The notes under the pieces were generated by a model that saw only the letters and a program-made list of their open reading frames with translations, had not been told where the DNA came from and made no database searches. The translations under genes were made by a program, and so were the position numbers. A stretch of DNA of 64,000 nt from an uncultured delta proteobacterium (GTDB taxonomy: Bacteria > Desulfobacterota > Desulfobacteria > Desulfobacterales > JAFDCJ01): the NCBI GenBank assembly GCA_963769935.1, contig CAVYNY010000020.1:352001-416000 (forward strand). The letters are read 5' to 3'. Shown here piece after piece: positions 1 to 9,634 of this stretch. The number at the start of each line of letters is the position of its first letter. Position 1 is the stretch's first letter.

Positions 1-805
1 ATTCGGTCGTCAATTTTTCCAAATCCGTATTGGATTTATAGTCTAATATCAGGATTCGATATTGACGTCGCAAGTCGGCTGCTTCATCCACGATGCGATC
101 ATAGGCCAGGTCATTTAAGCCCTGGCGAATGTTAAAGAAATTTTTGGCATCATCCCGCAGCAATTTCAAAAATGACTGAAATGTCTTTTTATCGCCGGGT
201 TCTGCACTTTCCCGGATAGGAACGCCGATCAGGGGCGCGCCTTTTTTCACGGCAGCCACGAATTTCCGGCGCGATCGTTCAAACTCAGCCAATGTCAAAA
301 CCTCTTTCAATACTCCGATGTAAGGCGATATGGTGCCGGCAGCCTTGGCGATATCTTCCAGCGGGAAAGTCGCCAGGCTTTGCATCAGGCCATTCACGGC
401 GGCAGATACCTGGGCCACGCTTTGGCCTTCGGCCAAGCTCAAAAGAACATCATTGTAGCGCTGTACGGCGTCCCAGGCCCGGATCCGAACGGTCACATCA
501 TCGAGCTTGGCCGCATCTGCGGCTGTCGTGATTGGATCAATATTTGCGGGTCGATCATTTTCAATGGCCGTTGCGGTCCTGGTTCCGGAAGTATTTCCGG
601 CCTGCAGTTTTCTTGCCTGCTCATACTCTTTGACGGCCGCACTATAGTCGAACAAAACCTGTTCACCGGCAGCCCGGGCATTTGCGAATATTTGTTTGTA
701 CGATGTGAATTCCCGGATCGGAACCGACGTGCAGGCGAACATGGTTAAAACGAATGCGACAAGGGCCAGCTGAAATGCTTTTTGGGCGGCAGTCCGTATT
801 ATCAC
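1..805 (-). CDS. Hypothetical lipoprotein, 3' end truncated by the window edge
   Basis: Hand translation from GTG at 805 (GGAGGT RBS just upstream) gives VIIRTAAQKAFQLALVAFVLTMFA-C-TSVPIREF..., open to position 1. Basic N-terminus, hydrophobic stretch and lipobox-like MFAC. Absent from the ORF track because there is no stop in the window. Confidence 0.75.
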   Translation of the reverse strand, partial: MIIRTAAQKAFQLALVAFVLTMFACTSVPIREFTSYKQIFANARAAGEQVLFDYSAAVKEYEQARKLQAGNTSGTRTATAIENDRPANIDPITTAADAAKLDDVTVRIRAWDAVQRYNDVLLSLAEGQSVAQVSAAVNGLMQSLATFPLEDIAKAAGTISPYIGVLKEVLTLAEFERSRRKFVAAVKKGAPLIGVPIRESAEPGDKKTFQSFLKLLRDDAKNFFNIRQGLNDLAYDRIVDEAADLRRQYRILILDYKSNTDLEKLTTE

Positions 806-1066
806 AAGATATACCTCCGAGCAGTTATACCCAGCGTCATCATTAATTCTGTATTCGCCTTCTTATGGTTGACTTTTCGATAACTGCTGCGGGATTCTTA
901 GCAGAAAATCAATATTTAATAAAGGACATGATTATCTACCCTTTTTAAATCCGGCCGGCACGAGACTGTCTTCGCGATTCCTGCAGGGAAGCCGGTTAAT
1001 AGAGCCGATGAAATCGGCCACAAATTGATTTTTGGGTTTAAAATAAATTCACACGATGATTTTTGC

Positions 1067-1096
1067 TTGACAAAAATACCGACGGGGTCTTTACAT
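1067..1096 (+). promoter_or_regulatory. Candidate sigma70 promoter of the TRAP operon
   Basis: TTGACA at 1067-1072 followed 17-18 nt later by TTTACAT, about 190 nt upstream of the dctP start. Confidence 0.45.
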
Positions 1097-1285
1097 GTTG
1101 AAGTAGTGCCGAAGACGAGACAGGTCTCTGGACCCTTTTGATCGATTCGATTGAGGATGCATCGGGCTGGATGCAGGGAATCTACCAATGAACGATATTT
1201 GTGAGCGGGATGATTAAAACAGGTTGCCTAAGCGATGGTGCATCCGGCATTAGACCATCAACATTCTAAAAGGAGGAAATTTGTC

Positions 1286-2365
1286 ATGAAACGAAATACT
1301 CTTTATCTGAAATCTTTTCTGGTTTTAACTCTTTGCCTCGTGGTCGGCATCGTCTTAGCCGCGAACGGTAAAGCAGCCGAATTCAAAAAAGAATACAAGA
1401 TGCAGATCAATGTGGGACCGCAATTTTACTGGGGCATGGGGGCCACCAAATTTGCCGAGCTTGTCAAAGAGAAAACCAACGGTCAAATCAATGTCAAACC
1501 ATACTGGGGCAGCTCCCTGTTGAAAGGGGCCCAGTTGAAATCAGCCCAGCTGGTGGCCAACGGGGTCATCGACTGCGCCATGGAATCGACCATCAACATC
1601 TCGCCTGTCATCACGGAAGCCAACATCTTCTCTCTGCCGTTTTTTATCAACAATTTTGAAAATCTCGACAAAATGGAATACGGTCAAACCGGCAAGGCAA
1701 TCTTCGAGGCCATGGACGCCAAAGGTCTGGTGGGGCTGGCCTGGGCCGAAAACGGATTCAGGCAGGTAACCAACAGCAAGTTGGCCATCCACATGCCGTC
1801 CGATTTAAAGGGCCTGCGGCTGCGGGTGGTGGGCAGCCCGATTTTTATCGATATCTTCAGACAGCTCGGCGCCGATCCGGTGAATATGAACTGGGGCGAT
1901 GCCGTCACCGCTTTCGGGCAAGGAGTGGTAGACGGCCAGGAAAACCCGGTTGGTGTTCTGGTGCCGCTGCAGATCTGGCAATATCACAAATATGCCACCT
2001 TCTGGAATTATCTGGTAGATCCGGTTATCTTTTACTGGAATAAAAAACAGTGGAACGAGTTTCCCCCGGACATTCAAAAGAACCTCAAGGAAGCGGCCGA
2101 AGAAGCGGCCATCTATGAAAAGGCGCTGTGCCGGGCCGGCCTGGACGGACAGAAATCCATCGACATTCTGAAAAATAAATTCAATTACACCATGGAGGTC
2201 CCCGACCCCGTTAAATACATGGAAAGCAAGGGCATGACGGTCACGTTCCTGTCGGATGACGGGCGCAATGCCTTTATCGAGGCCACCAAACCGCTGTATG
2301 AAAAATGGGTTCCCAAGATCGGCGAAGAGCTTTATAAACAGTCGATGTCTGACATGGCCAAATAA
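1286..2365 (+). CDS. dctP: TRAP transporter substrate-binding protein (DctP family)
   Basis: Signal peptide; ENGFRQVTN, DLKGLRLRV, GVVDGQENP motifs; AGGAGG RBS before the ATG at 1286. Confidence 0.93.
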   Translation: MKRNTLYLKSFLVLTLCLVVGIVLAANGKAAEFKKEYKMQINVGPQFYWGMGATKFAELVKEKTNGQINVKPYWGSSLLKGAQLKSAQLVANGVIDCAMESTINISPVITEANIFSLPFFINNFENLDKMEYGQTGKAIFEAMDAKGLVGLAWAENGFRQVTNSKLAIHMPSDLKGLRLRVVGSPIFIDIFRQLGADPVNMNWGDAVTAFGQGVVDGQENPVGVLVPLQIWQYHKYATFWNYLVDPVIFYWNKKQWNEFPPDIQKNLKEAAEEAAIYEKALCRAGLDGQKSIDILKNKFNYTMEVPDPVKYMESKGMTVTFLSDDGRNAFIEATKPLYEKWVPKIGEELYKQSMSDMAK

Positions 2366-2380
2366 CGTGCACACATCGGA

Positions 2381-2424
2381 AAGCCCCCGGGGAATAATAT
2401 AGGGTGATTCCCGGGGGTTTTTTT
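2381..2424 (+). terminator. GC-rich hairpin with U tract between dctP and dctQ (partial terminator or mRNA stabiliser)
   Basis: AAGCCCCCGGGGAAT-N11-ATTCCCGGGGG followed by a T run. Confidence 0.65.
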
Positions 2425-2436
2425 AAGGAAAATCCA

Positions 2437-2925
2437 ATGGCGCAACCCAACCAACGGTTTCGAATCGACCACTGGATCGTTGCCATCCTTTTATTCACCA
2501 TGGCATCCATTGCATTTGTCAACATACTCAGCCGCTATCTTTTTCACTTCTCATTTGCCGCTACCGAAGAGATTACGATCAATCTTTTTGTGTGGGTCAC
2601 GGTCATCGGCTCCGGCCTGGCTTTTGAGCGCGGGGGCCAACTGGGCATGGTCACCCTGTATAGTTTGTTTTCAAAAAAATTCAAAAAATTGGTGATTGTT
2701 TTCAGTGCTGCCTTGAGTGCCGTTCTCTTTCTGCTGGTTGACATTTACATGATTCAAGCCATCTATGAAGAGCTGACTTTGTTCTACGCCACCTCCGCTG
2801 CTCTGGGGATACCCGTGTGGATCTACTATATCGGCGTTCCGATTTTTTCCGTTTTCGTATTCACCGGCATCTACCGCGATGCGTCTGCGAAGCTGGACGG
2901 GCTGAAGCGGGAAGGGGGCGGATAA
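2437..2925 (+). CDS. dctQ: TRAP transporter small permease (DctQ)
   Basis: About 4 TM segments; NILSRY...TEEITINLFVW pattern; lies between dctP and dctM. Confidence 0.9.
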   Translation: MAQPNQRFRIDHWIVAILLFTMASIAFVNILSRYLFHFSFAATEEITINLFVWVTVIGSGLAFERGGQLGMVTLYSLFSKKFKKLVIVFSAALSAVLFLLVDIYMIQAIYEELTLFYATSAALGIPVWIYYIGVPIFSVFVFTGIYRDASAKLDGLKREGGG

Positions 2926-4218
2926 TTGGAAGCGCTGGTCATCTTTCTGACATTTCTGGCGTTGATGGCCCTCGGCGTTCCGATCGGCACCTCGCTGGGC
3001 ATTGCCGCGGTGGTTACCGTCAGCTGTTTTGATCTGGGCATCGCCATGCTGGGGGTGAACTTCTCCTCCGGGATTGCATCTTTTCCGCTGCTGGCCATCC
3101 CTTTTTTCGTTCTGGCCGGGGTTATCCTTGAAAAGGCCGGTCTGGCAGCGACCATTGCGCACTTTTTTGAATTGCTGGTGGGCAGGGCCGTGGGCGGGCT
3201 GGCCATGGTGGCGGTAATGACCTGCATGTTCTGGGGGGCGCTGTCCGGCTCAGGTCCGGCCACCACGGCCGCTGTCGGCCTTATTCTGCTCAACCCCATG
3301 ATTAAGCACGGTTATGACAAGAATTTTGCCGGTGCGACCATTGCCAATGCTTCGGATCTTTCCATCATCATTCCCCCGAGTATCGCGTTTATCATCTACG
3401 GCAATATCACCAGTGTCTCGGTCAGCGCGCTTTTTGTGGCCGGCATTATTCCCGGGCTTTTGACCGGTGCCGGTGCCATCCTGGTTGCCTATCTGGTTTC
3501 CCGCAAAAGAGGGTACCGGGGGTTGGAGAGAAGAGGTTCCCCCAAAGAGATCCTGATTGCCCTCAAGAATTCCATCTGGGCCATTCTGGCACCGGTGATT
3601 ATCCTGGGCGGCATTTATGCCGGTGTATTTACGCCCACCGAGGCGGCCGTGGTGGCCGTTTTTTACAGCCTGTTTGTCGCCGTCGTCATTTACCGCACCG
3701 TGACCTGGCGGGATATGATCAGCATGCTGGTGGATGCCAGTGTAACGTCTTCGGTCATCATGTTCATCGTGGTGTTTGCCGGCCTCTTTACCTGGGCCGC
3801 TTCGGTGATCGGGGTGGTTGACCAGGCCGCCAACTTCGTGATTTCCATATCGCCGAATGCCGTGGTCATGATTATCCTTATCAATTTTCTTCTGCTTGGA
3901 CTGGGCATGATTCTGGACGCGATCTCCATCTCCTATTTGATTATGCCGATTTTGATCCCGGTTCTGGCGGCCCTTAAGATCGATCCCCTGTGGTATGGCG
4001 TGATCTTTATCTCGGCTTTGGCTATCGGCCAGGCGACGCCCCCGGTGGGAGTAAATCTGTTTACAGCCGCCAATCTGATCAAGGGCGATCTGGACGCGAT
4101 TGCCAAGCAGGCGTTTGTGTTTGTGATAATGGATGTGGTGGTTTTAATTATACTCTCACTGTTTCCGATCCTGTCGCTCTATCTGCCGATAGCGGCGGGA
4201 TTGTACACAGCCCCGTAG
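2926..4218 (+). CDS. dctM: TRAP transporter large permease (DctM)
   Basis: 430 aa hydrophobic; LLAIPFFVLAG, IIPPSI, FTPTEAA, TPPVG motifs. Confidence 0.95.
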   Translation: MEALVIFLTFLALMALGVPIGTSLGIAAVVTVSCFDLGIAMLGVNFSSGIASFPLLAIPFFVLAGVILEKAGLAATIAHFFELLVGRAVGGLAMVAVMTCMFWGALSGSGPATTAAVGLILLNPMIKHGYDKNFAGATIANASDLSIIIPPSIAFIIYGNITSVSVSALFVAGIIPGLLTGAGAILVAYLVSRKRGYRGLERRGSPKEILIALKNSIWAILAPVIILGGIYAGVFTPTEAAVVAVFYSLFVAVVIYRTVTWRDMISMLVDASVTSSVIMFIVVFAGLFTWAASVIGVVDQAANFVISISPNAVVMIILINFLLLGLGMILDAISISYLIMPILIPVLAALKIDPLWYGVIFISALAIGQATPPVGVNLFTAANLIKGDLDAIAKQAFVFVIMDVVVLIILSLFPILSLYLPIAAGLYTAP

Positions 4219-4600
4219 GCTGGAAGGCTGTTAAGGGCAAGAAATGGAGAAGCGAAGAAGCGAAGAATTTGAGAAGGGGGAAGGGCAAGAAGTGAAGAAG
4301 TGAAGAAGCGAAGAAGTTGAGACATTGGGAAATTGGGAGGGCATGGGGCAAAGGGCATAGCGCATAGCGTGAAGGGGCAGAAGGCAGAGGGCTGAAGAAA
4401 GAATCTGGGATGAGGCGAAGGTGAGAGCAATGGCGGTGGAGCGTCGGCTTTTATCTATGAGCTGTGAGCTGCCAGCTGTCTGTCGGCCAGTTAGCATTTT
4501 AACTTTCAAGCTACCCGGCTTCCATGTTTTTGCGTTTCCCAACTTCTCAACTTCCCCTCTTCTCAACTTCTTGCCTTCAAGCTTCACAAGCCTTCCCGCA
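4219..4600. repeat. Compound short-unit tandem repeat region with inverted arms
   Basis: Purine-rich left arm of 8-mers (AGAAGCGA/AGAAGTGA) and 7-mers (GGGCATG/GCATAGC); pyrimidine-rich right arm (CTTCTCAA CTTCCCCT CTTCTCAA CTTCTTGC) complementary to the left units. Confidence 0.75.
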
Positions 4601-4628
4601 TCAACTTATTTTTTCTTGGGAGCACCGC

Positions 4629-5597
4629 ATGACGAATCAGAGCGAGCAATATCTCGGCTACTATCGCACCATGGTCACCATCCGGCAGTTTGAAACTCTG
4701 GCCGGCCAGTTGTATGCCGCCGGAAAGATTCCCGGTTTCATCCATCTGTCCATCGGGCAGGAGGCATCGGCAGTGGGCGTCTGCTCCTGTCTGCGTGCGG
4801 ATGACTATCTGACCACGACCCACCGCGGCCACGGGCATATGATCGCCAAAGGGGCCGATCTCAACAAAATGGTGGCCGAATTGTTCGGGAAAAAAACCGG
4901 CTATTGCAAAGGCAAAGGCGGCTCCATGCACATCGCCGATTTTTCAATCGGCATTCTGGGGGCCAACGGAGTGGTGGCCGGAGGACTGCCCATCATTGCC
5001 GGGGCCGGGTTTTCGATCAAGATGCGCAAGACCGACCAGGTGGCGGTTTGCTTTTTCGGTGACGGGGCTTCCAACCGCGGACCGGTGCACGAAGTCATGA
5101 ACCTGGCCGCTGTCTGGAAATTGCCGATTATTTTCGTGATCGAAAACAATCAGTATGCTTCGACGACTTTGCAGCTGGATGCCTGTTCGGTGGAAGATAT
5201 CTGCCGGCGGGCAGCCGGCTACAACCTGCCGGGCATTGCGGTGGACGGCAATGACGTGCTGCGGGTGCGGCAGGCCACCCTGCAGGCCGTTCAAAGAGCG
5301 CGCCGGGGGGAGGGATCGAGTCTGATTGAAAACAAAACCTATCGCATTAAAGGACATTTTGAGGGCGATCCCCAGAAGTATCGCACTGAGGAAGAAATCA
5401 AAGGCTGGCAGAGCCAAAAAGATCCGATCCGGCGATTTGCTGATTTTTTGACGGCGCAAGACATCCTGACGCCGAAGCTCGATCAGCAGATTCACGATGA
5501 GGCGGCTGTGCGGCTCAAGGATGCGGTGGCGTTTGCCGAAAGTAGTCCTTTCCCGGAACCGCAAGAGGCGCTGGAGGATCTTTTTATAAGTTATTAG
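4629..5597 (+). CDS. ThDP-dependent dehydrogenase E1 alpha subunit (AcoA/PdhA-like)
   Basis: GFIHLSIGQEA, THRGHGH, KGKGGSMH, ThDP motif GDGA...ENNQY, YRIKGHFEGD. Confidence 0.93.
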   Translation: MTNQSEQYLGYYRTMVTIRQFETLAGQLYAAGKIPGFIHLSIGQEASAVGVCSCLRADDYLTTTHRGHGHMIAKGADLNKMVAELFGKKTGYCKGKGGSMHIADFSIGILGANGVVAGGLPIIAGAGFSIKMRKTDQVAVCFFGDGASNRGPVHEVMNLAAVWKLPIIFVIENNQYASTTLQLDACSVEDICRRAAGYNLPGIAVDGNDVLRVRQATLQAVQRARRGEGSSLIENKTYRIKGHFEGDPQKYRTEEEIKGWQSQKDPIRRFADFLTAQDILTPKLDQQIHDEAAVRLKDAVAFAESSPFPEPQEALEDLFISY

Positions 5598-5620
5598 GCG
5601 CCGAATGCAGACGAAGTCTC

Positions 5621-5707
5621 TTAGGGCTCACTCAAAAATAACTTCACATTTTATACGCCGCTGCATCCCGCCTGGCTGCGTTGCGAAAGCTCGGAATATC
5701 CAAATAT
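5621..5707. mobile_element. Left half of MITE-like element family A
   Basis: Nearly identical to 15510-15596 (TTAGGGCTCACTCAAAAATAACTTCACATTTTATACGCCGCTGCATCCC...GGAATATCC). Confidence 0.85.
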
Positions 5708-5729
5708 CACTGTTACAGGAGCAAAAAAA

Positions 5730-6719
5730 ATGTCGGATCGCATTTTAAGCAGTTCAGCCGCGCTGGCGGAAGCATTGCACGAGGAAATGGCACGCGATGA
5801 GACCATTTTTATCGTGGGTGAAGATCTTGTGGCCCATGCCGGAATTTTCGGACAGTTTAAGGGTATCCCTGAAAGCTTTCCCGGCCGGATCATCGATACC
5901 CCGGTCAGCGAAACGGCTATTATCGGTGTGGGTCTCGGAGCAGCCCTGACCGGCATGCGGCCGATTGTCGATCTGCATTTTTCCGATTTCGTCACCTGCT
6001 GCATGGACGAGTTGGTCAACCAGACTGCTAAAATTCGCTACATGCTGGGCGGGCAGGTCAAAATACCGATGGTCGTCTGGTGTCCGGACGGGGCCGGAAT
6101 ACGGGCGGCCGCCCAGCATAGCCAATCACTGGAAGCCTGGTTTGTCCACACCCCGGGGCTCAAGGTGGTGGTGCCGAGCGAGCCGGCCGACGTCAAAGGG
6201 CTCATCAAGACCGCTATTCGCGACGATGACCCGGTTATGTTCTTCCAGCATAAAAAACTGTTTGCCAGGGAGGGGCCGGTGCCCGAGGGAGACTTTACCA
6301 TCCCGCTGGGACAGGCCGCCGTCAAGCGGCCGGGCCGGGACGTAACGCTTGTCTGCTATGGTTCAAGCTTTTATTTATGTAAAGAAGCGGCCGAACAACT
6401 CGCCGGCATGAGCATCGAGGCGGAAATTGTTGATCTGAGAAGCCTCAAACCACTGGACATGCCGACCGTGGCCGGGTCCATCCGGAAAACCGGACGGGCG
6501 GTGATCGTCCATGAAGCCTGCCTGACCGGAGGTTTTGGCGCCGAGATGGCTGCCCGCATCCAGGAGGAGTTATTCGACTGCCTGCAGGCGCCGGTCAAGC
6601 GGGTTGCAGCCAAAGATGTACCCATACCCTTTTCCCCGTCGCTGGAAGATTACGTGCTGCCCAAAGTGTCCGATGTGGTTGCGGCGGCGCAGCAGGTTGT
6701 GTACCGCTCTGAAAAATAA
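5730..6719 (+). CDS. ThDP-dependent dehydrogenase E1 beta subunit (AcoB/PdhB-like)
   Basis: GEDL, RIIDTPVSE, GMRPIV, AAQHSQSLE, DLRSLKPLD motifs. Confidence 0.93.
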   Translation: MSDRILSSSAALAEALHEEMARDETIFIVGEDLVAHAGIFGQFKGIPESFPGRIIDTPVSETAIIGVGLGAALTGMRPIVDLHFSDFVTCCMDELVNQTAKIRYMLGGQVKIPMVVWCPDGAGIRAAAQHSQSLEAWFVHTPGLKVVVPSEPADVKGLIKTAIRDDDPVMFFQHKKLFAREGPVPEGDFTIPLGQAAVKRPGRDVTLVCYGSSFYLCKEAAEQLAGMSIEAEIVDLRSLKPLDMPTVAGSIRKTGRAVIVHEACLTGGFGAEMAARIQEELFDCLQAPVKRVAAKDVPIPFSPSLEDYVLPKVSDVVAAAQQVVYRSEK

Positions 6720-6860
6720 CTATATCAGGCGTTAAAAAAATGTTTTAACTTTAAAAATTTTATGAAACTCACTTGATGCGGATCCGGGCGGATTAATTAA
6801 GAACCTTTTTGCAATCCCTCTGCAACCCAGATTTTAATGATCGATGTCAAAGGAGATCCC

Positions 6861-8081
6861 ATGCCACAAGACTGGATGTCCCGATTTTCGGAAAACATCA
6901 AAAACTATGAAGGGTATTCCATCGGAAAATTATTTAAACTGCTCAACGATCCGGAAATGATTTCTCTGGCCGGCGGGCTGCCGTCGCCGGATACATTTTT
7001 AAAGCATGATTTGCAGCGGGTTTCACAAAAAAGGCTGCAGGAAGATGCCGATACGATCATGCAGTATACGGACATCTCCGGTGAGACGAATTTGATCGAG
7101 GCCGTGATTCAATTCTTGAAAGCAGATCATATCGACATTGCCCAGGAAAATATTGTCATAACCTCCTCCGGGCAGCAGGGGTTGGATCTGACCGGTCGGC
7201 TTTTTTTAAATTCCGGTGATGCCGTCATCCTCGATCGGCCGACCTTTGCCGGTGCGATCGTTGCGTTTCAGATGCAGCGTCCCGTATTTGCAGGCGTTGA
7301 TATTGAAGCTGACGGTTCGGATATAGAAGGTTTTCGCAAAAAAATTGAAATGCTGGGCCGGCAGGACATCCCGCTGAAGTTCATCTATGTCGTGCCGGAT
7401 TTCCAGAACCCTTCCGGAATTTCGATGAATATCGAAAAGCGCCGGGCGCTGCTGGATTTGAGCTACGAATATGATATCCCGATCATCGAGGACAGTCCTT
7501 ATCGCTTGCTGCGCTATTACGGCGATAATCTTCCCTCGATTTTTGAAATGGATCAAAATCGAGACGGCGGCCATGTCATCGGAGTGTACACATTCTCGAA
7601 GATGTTCTGCCCGGGAATGCGGGTCGGTTTCAACATCGGGCCGCCGGATGTCATCGGGAAAATGACGAATATTAAAGAAGGAAGTACCTTAAACACTCCC
7701 AAGTATAACCAGGATATGTGCACGGCATTTTTGCGGGAAATGAATTGGAGAGGGCATTTGGAAAATTGCCGGGCCTATTACCGGGAAAAGCTGGCCCTGT
7801 TCCTGAACACCCTGCAGGCCTATTTCCCGGATGATATGGGCGTTACCTGGACCAGACCGGAAGGCGGCCTCTTCTTATGGGCGACGGTTCCTGAAAAAAT
7901 CGATACCCTCAAGCTATTCTATGAAGCCGTTAAGTTCAAAGTGGCTTTTGTGCCGGGTGAGGTTTTCTATGGTGAAAACCCGGCAAAAAATCATATGCGA
8001 ATCAACTTTTCCTTTCCCTCAAAAAATCACCTTGTCGAAGCAGTCAAACGATTGTCTGATTGCTTAAAAAAGTACGTATAG
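6861..8081 (+). CDS. PLP-dependent aminotransferase class I/II (LysN/2-aminoadipate transaminase-like)
   Basis: ISLAGGLP, PDFQNPSG, IIEDSPY, TFSKMFCPGMRVG (PLP lysine), PEGGLFLW. Confidence 0.9.
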   Translation: MPQDWMSRFSENIKNYEGYSIGKLFKLLNDPEMISLAGGLPSPDTFLKHDLQRVSQKRLQEDADTIMQYTDISGETNLIEAVIQFLKADHIDIAQENIVITSSGQQGLDLTGRLFLNSGDAVILDRPTFAGAIVAFQMQRPVFAGVDIEADGSDIEGFRKKIEMLGRQDIPLKFIYVVPDFQNPSGISMNIEKRRALLDLSYEYDIPIIEDSPYRLLRYYGDNLPSIFEMDQNRDGGHVIGVYTFSKMFCPGMRVGFNIGPPDVIGKMTNIKEGSTLNTPKYNQDMCTAFLREMNWRGHLENCRAYYREKLALFLNTLQAYFPDDMGVTWTRPEGGLFLWATVPEKIDTLKLFYEAVKFKVAFVPGEVFYGENPAKNHMRINFSFPSKNHLVEAVKRLSDCLKKYV

Positions 8082-8373
8082 ATTTCTACAGCAACTTTCC
8101 AACTGCCACAATCATCAGCGGAAGCCCGGATATGAAAGTTGCGAAAACATCAGCTTTAGAAACGGATCGCCGGCGGCGGTAATTGAGGCCAACCCCTGAC
8201 TCCCAACCGGCTTTCACTCAATTGGGGTATTACTTGCCTGTTCCGAAAGCCTCAAACCCTCTGGCCCATAGATTCCCGCCGATGGCCGCTGCCGTCAGCA
8301 GCTTCCAGAAGCGATTATCCATTTTTTGCTGTTGTTTGACTGCTTCCTGATGCCTCGGCGCCGTTGCCCGGCC

Positions 8374-8811
8374 TTACCTTGTAGTTAACCAGACGCCCAG
8401 AACAAGGGTGCCGATTCCCAGCAGACGGCTTAAATCCAAAGGCCGCGTGGCGGCCCCCAGGAGACCAAAGTGATCCAGCAGAGCGGCCACGACTAGCTGC
8501 GCGGCAATGATGATGGTGAAAGCTCTGGTTAGACCCAGTCGCGGTACGGTATAGCCGATGGTTCCCACGATCACCAAACCGACAACGCCGGCCATCAAGG
8601 CATACCAGGGGACCGAATGCCAGGCTTTCAGGTTTCCGCCGCGCGTCGCCAGCATCAAAAAGCCGATCAGTATCCCACCGCCGGCATAGGTGATGAATAC
8701 ACTTTCCTTGGTGCCGATGGCCTTGTCCATCAATCCCATAAACTGGCCCTGCAGCGTGATGGCCGCACCCCCGACCGCGGCAATGATGATCAGCGAAATC
8801 ATCGTGTTCAT
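8374..8811 (-). CDS. DMT family small membrane protein (YdcZ/DUF606-like)
   Basis: About 5 TM; LQGQFMG, PWYALMAG, QLVVAALLDHFGLLG motifs. Confidence 0.85.
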   Translation of the reverse strand: MNTMISLIIIAAVGGAAITLQGQFMGLMDKAIGTKESVFITYAGGGILIGFLMLATRGGNLKAWHSVPWYALMAGVVGLVIVGTIGYTVPRLGLTRAFTIIIAAQLVVAALLDHFGLLGAATRPLDLSRLLGIGTLVLGVWLTTR

Positions 8812-9110
8812 CTTGATCTCCTTAGCTGTGCTATAGCCGGTTTTTGGCATATTATACCCGAAAAGGCAAAAATAGCAGCTAGCTTACTGGAAACAACGTG
8901 AATTAGATATAAAGTTTTTTTTAAAAAAACCGATATTCAAATTGGACGAAAAAAGGGAAACCAAAGCAAAAATCGAAAGCCGGATTTATACGGAAGTTGA
9001 CAAAATGGACCCAAATTAATTCTCGGAGCATTTAGGGCCCACGATAATCGAAGCTGTTGAGCGGTGTCAGCTTACCGGGAGATCAGGGTTAGCGGAGAAT
9101 CAAGGGAGCT

Positions 9111-9164
9111 TCAAGTCAACACTCTTGACGGGGTAAGTAGAAAAAGTCAAGAGTGTAGACTTGA
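9111..9164. repeat. 19-bp inverted repeat (REP-like palindrome)
   Basis: TCAAGTCAACACTCTTGAC-N16-GTCAAGAGTGTAGACTTGA, one mismatch. Confidence 0.85.
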
Positions 9165-9244
9165 TCAGTTTGTTTTGCCGCTGCCCTCTGGCGGCCCGGT
9201 TATTTTTTTTATCAGTGCTTCTGTTCGGCCTGTCAGGCGTTCCT

Positions 9245-9387
9245 TTGATACTGCGGAAAAACAGAATCTGGAAGGTGGTCAATCGGCCGGACAACTGACG
9301 GCCGCCGATGGCCATGAGCATAAAAGATACCAGGGTTCCGGACATCCACAAAGCTGCAATGACGGCATGACTTCGAGCAGCTTTCAT
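9245..9387 (-). pseudogene. N-terminal fragment of an EamA/DMT transporter
   Basis: MKAARSHAVIAALWMSGTLVSFMLMAIGGRQLSGRLTTFQILFFRSI resembles an EamA N-terminus, then runs into non-hydrophobic sequence and the palindrome at 9111-9164. Confidence 0.7.
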
Positions 9388-9634
9388 AAGTTTCAGGTTT
9401 CAGGTTGCATGGGTCATCGCCTGCACAACCCTTCGCAACATATTCTCGTATAAAGCCCACAGATCGATTTTCCTGATAGGAATGCCTCTATTTCACCTGT
9501 ATTAGGTGTTCAGTGCCTGTATCTGACAACATGCTGGATCGAGTCAACATATTTATTTACTTTTTTACCTCCCTGGCCTATATTGATGGCAATATCAAGC
9601 GACACAGCAGGAAATTCGAAGACAGCCTACAGGT

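Noticed and set aside
1097..1285. Known riboswitch (glycine, SAM-I, TPP, c-di-GMP, Moco) in the dctP leader
   Set aside because: Only isolated short words match and the conserved cores are missing; kept only as an unclassified candidate.
4148..4693. Several short ORFs across the dctM to E1 alpha spacer
   Set aside because: They translate low-complexity tandem repeats and have no RBS or family motifs.
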